DNA from: Octopus bimaculoides | Taxonomy: Eukaryota | Direction: 5' to 3' | Length of the DNA stretch: 64,000 bases | Assembly (NCBI RefSeq): GCF_001194135.2 | Contig: NC_068981.1 | Span: forward strand, 23,377,194-23,441,193 | Shown: in pieces, positions 60,831 through 64,000 of the stretch | Layout: each line of letters starts with the position of its first letter | Numbering within the stretch: position 1 is the first letter of the stretch | The notes under the pieces: generated by a model | Told to the model about the DNA's origin: nothing | The model's database searches: none | Seen by the model: only the letters and a program-made list of their open reading frames with translations | Made by a program: the position numbers and the translations under genes

Positions 60831-62029
60831 ATTTACTAAACTGCCATTTATTTATAAATTGTAGAGATAAAACGAGCTGGTGAAAATGGGAAATGTGTTG
60901 TTTAATCTTTTCATAGAATTACTTTTGATAGTTGATTCGGTTAAAGTATATGAATTAAATACTTTATTTTAACTGTATCGGTAATATCAAAGAGCGAGAA
61001 GGGAGATTATTTTCATGTTGAACATGGTTCCTAGCATCAGTAATTATCTACACAAAAGTACGAATATTGGCAGTTAAATATATATTTTAGCTACTTGCCA
61101 AAATAAACATTTAAAAAAGTATATTTACCTAAACTTAATATACGCATATTCATACGTTAACTCATACTTGCACACATGTCCAGAAACATACATATATTGA
61201 ATTATAACTTCAGTACCAATATGAAGAACCTAATTATTTATAAGCTTTATAAAGTAATTGGGGATACTGCAGTTGCCCAATAACTAACTTATTTCACAGA
61301 ATCTGTCATGTAACAATGAAACGATCAGATATAGTTGTGGAAGTCGCATACATCGGGTTCAACCTTGTGCTACTACGGTAATATAGGTAAGACCGAAGTT
61401 TAATTGAAACAACAGTAGTTCCCCCTTTATCTTTTCACGCAAATATATAGAAACGAAAAGTGTTTTAAAACTAAAACTGTTTAAATAAGTTGACATTTGA
61501 AAGACTAGCTGCAGATTATTACATCCAGATGATTTTTGAGAAAAAACAGGCAGATGAAACGAAAATGAAAAATACAGTTTATGTACAGCTGAAGAAACGT
61601 CCATAATTCTACTAACTGCTTAAACGTACGGTCTGTTATTTCGTCACTTCGATAAGTATTTACAAAAGCACGGGCATATATTGATACCGCTGGAGTGAGG
61701 AGTTTCAACTTAAGTTTCACCCAGTTTTTTTTTTTATCACACCAATTGGATTTTAAGGTTACATTGTGGTTTTACCTACTCCTATCGCTGAACTCTTCCA
61801 TATATAATATATTTATTAGCAGGCATATATGCATTTTGAAAGCACCTGCTTATAAATACATACATATACACATACATACAGGCATACAAACAAACATTCA
61901 CGCATACACGCAAATATACAAACACATACACACACACATAAACAGCAGTTTGCAATATCACATTTAGTGACATATATACAGGGACATATATATTAGTGAC
62001 ATATATATATATATATTATATATATTAGT

Positions 62030-62070
<41 letters not shown>

Positions 62071-63026
62071 TCAAGTTTTGAGGATGTAATTTCCTCGTAA
62101 GGGATTGTTAATAACAATCTAGATGCTAACTGGCTTTATCAAGTATATTGAAAGAAAGTTCCTCAATATATATGCATAAACAATCTAATAAATTATAAAG
62201 TTGATAAAAGAAAATAGAGAAGAAAAAATATATAATAGATACTTGGTTTATTTTATTTGTATCACAAAGAAAAAGTAATGCAATGTAAAAGTGATACCTA
62301 TAAGAATAAATATCAAAAGAACCGGATCAACAAAACAACCAAACAATCTCCGAAAAATCCAACACGTGTTTCAAGCCGACAGTATGTTTGAATCATCAAC
62401 ATTCAAACGATTATAGATTTAATAAACTATATACTGCCGTGTATCTTCAGAGAAAAGTAAGTATATTTTCCGGTCTTGAATTACGAAAAAACAAATTTGA
62501 GGACTGTGTTTTTGGAAATTTTCAAATGTAAACAACAACTTAAGGGGATGCAGAGTTCATGTGATTAAATATTGATCGTTGAAATGTTGCTAAAACATCA
62601 AATGCATTTGAAAAATATACTTATAAAAGTTTATGGGAGGAAGATGGTATAAAGACAAATGCAACTCCTCATGTGGGGTGTAATATACAAAGAATTAGAC
62701 TGGGAAATGTAAATAAAGGTATGAAATGTTTGTTTATATTATACTACGATAATGTTTTTTAAAAGTAACACAGAGATATATTATAATATTGGTATTATTT
62801 AGGATTAAATGGATTAGGATATAATTTCCAGTGTTCTAAAAAAAAAATTAAGTATGTAAAAAAATATGTATATAAAAGACTATATTGTACTCACTTAGGA
62901 GATGCGAAAAAGATTAAAAAGCGGTGCTGCAGTTTTTTTTTTTCTTTAGGTCAAAATATGAGTAGCTAGTAATCTCCCTTTGTTCATATGGTTAAGCATG
63001 TTAGTTTTTATTATAATGCAAGAATA

Positions 63027-63277
63027 TTGGGTTGGTGCATAATTATTGAGGGTTTTTTTTCAACAAATTTTATTCAACAAAAGCAATAACAATATGTAAC
63101 AAATACATCTATAAATGATTATTCCGGAGCATATTCACCATCTACTTCAATTACTGCTTCCCATTTGCTTGGCAGACGGTCAGACCGTCATTTAAGATGT
63201 TTTTGTTAAATATTGTTATGATTTCTGTTGAATAAAATTTGTTGAAAAAAAGCCGCAATAATTATGCACCAACCCAT
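63027..63277. mobile_element. Mariner-derived fold-back MITE (251 bp) built from two 3' ends
   Basis: TA|TTGGGTTGGTGCATAATTATTG ... CAATAATTATGCACCAACCCAT|TA; inverted identity extends ~90 bp; the core encodes LPSKWEAVIEVDGEYAPE* on the minus strand. Confidence 0.9.
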
Positions 63278-64000
63278 TATCGTGTTTTTCTTGAGAAATA
63301 AGTCTATAAGTTTAGGGATAATATGGATATATACGCACGTGTAGTTTTAAGTTTCCTATGTATATATATTAAAAAGTATCAACAGTCATTAACGCTGGAT
63401 TATAAGACTTTATAAGATTTTTTTTAAATGTTCAATTAACAACATTTATGTACAAATAGGGGTTGTATTAAAAGAATATAAATCGGGCGTTGTTTAATGG
63501 TAATTATATGTATATTCTATTTAACAATGAAATGGGTATTATAGATTAATAATAAGGGTTAAGATATATACACATAAATACACATTAATAACTAATTATA
63601 TACATTGTAGTATTATTCTCATTGAATTGTAGAGTCGGGTTGGAATTTAATGATCATAATACTGTAATAAATAATTTTTGAACACGTATAATTCTCCAGT
63701 CTTCTTAATGATTTGTTGGTTATATGCTTTGTATGCCGTATGAAATCCAATGAAGCAAATTCAAAGTTTACCTAACGTTCTAATTGTTTATTCTAAGCAA
63801 TTCTGTACTAACCTATTGCTGTCTCTTTTTACTTCCTCGTGTCAATGGCATTACTGACTTTGTGTCCATGACCTCTCGGATGACAATTTAGTCTCGCTGC
63901 AAATCTGCAGAACTGTGCGCTTTCAGTTAGTTAAGTTTATACACGTCACCACTCTTCAATTGCAATAGAACTTTCAGCAGCTAGAATGACAATTGCAGTC

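Noticed and set aside
62100-62860. AT-rich stretch with a Tc1-like LMWGVI string
   Set aside because: A single short motif, no TIRs or DDE spacing recoverable; too decayed to call.

Overview
AT-rich, repeat-dense eukaryotic genomic DNA from a gapped short-read assembly (14 N-gaps, most abutting (TA)n). Organism: most consistent with an octopus (inference from tRNA-derived SINE families and microsatellite load; confirm by BLAST). No host protein-coding gene can be called with confidence, and most ORFs in the track are microsatellite or gap artefacts. The window holds (i) at least five tRNA-derived SINE families, labelled A-E here (labels are mine); (ii) LINE relics: R4/Dong-type RT + restriction-like endonuclease, RTE/BovB, two CR1-group fragments and Penelope-like elements; (iii) DNA transposons: one full-length decayed mariner, several Tc1/mariner MITEs, a piggyBac-type MITE and a Helentron/HINE-like element; (iv) a candidate Pol II promoter ending in a Kozak-like ATG at a gap edge (~36.0-36.25 kb), with a candidate 30-nt micro-exon downstream. 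Most notable: a Penelope inverted repeat with one intact hammerhead ribozyme and one carrying the G5A null change; a ~5-kb stack of co-oriented retroelement fragments joined through (AAT)n/(TAC)n tracts; a SINE-A 3' tail matching the 3'UTR of a CR1-group LINE; and a tandem SINE-B array separated by a recurring 8-mer.
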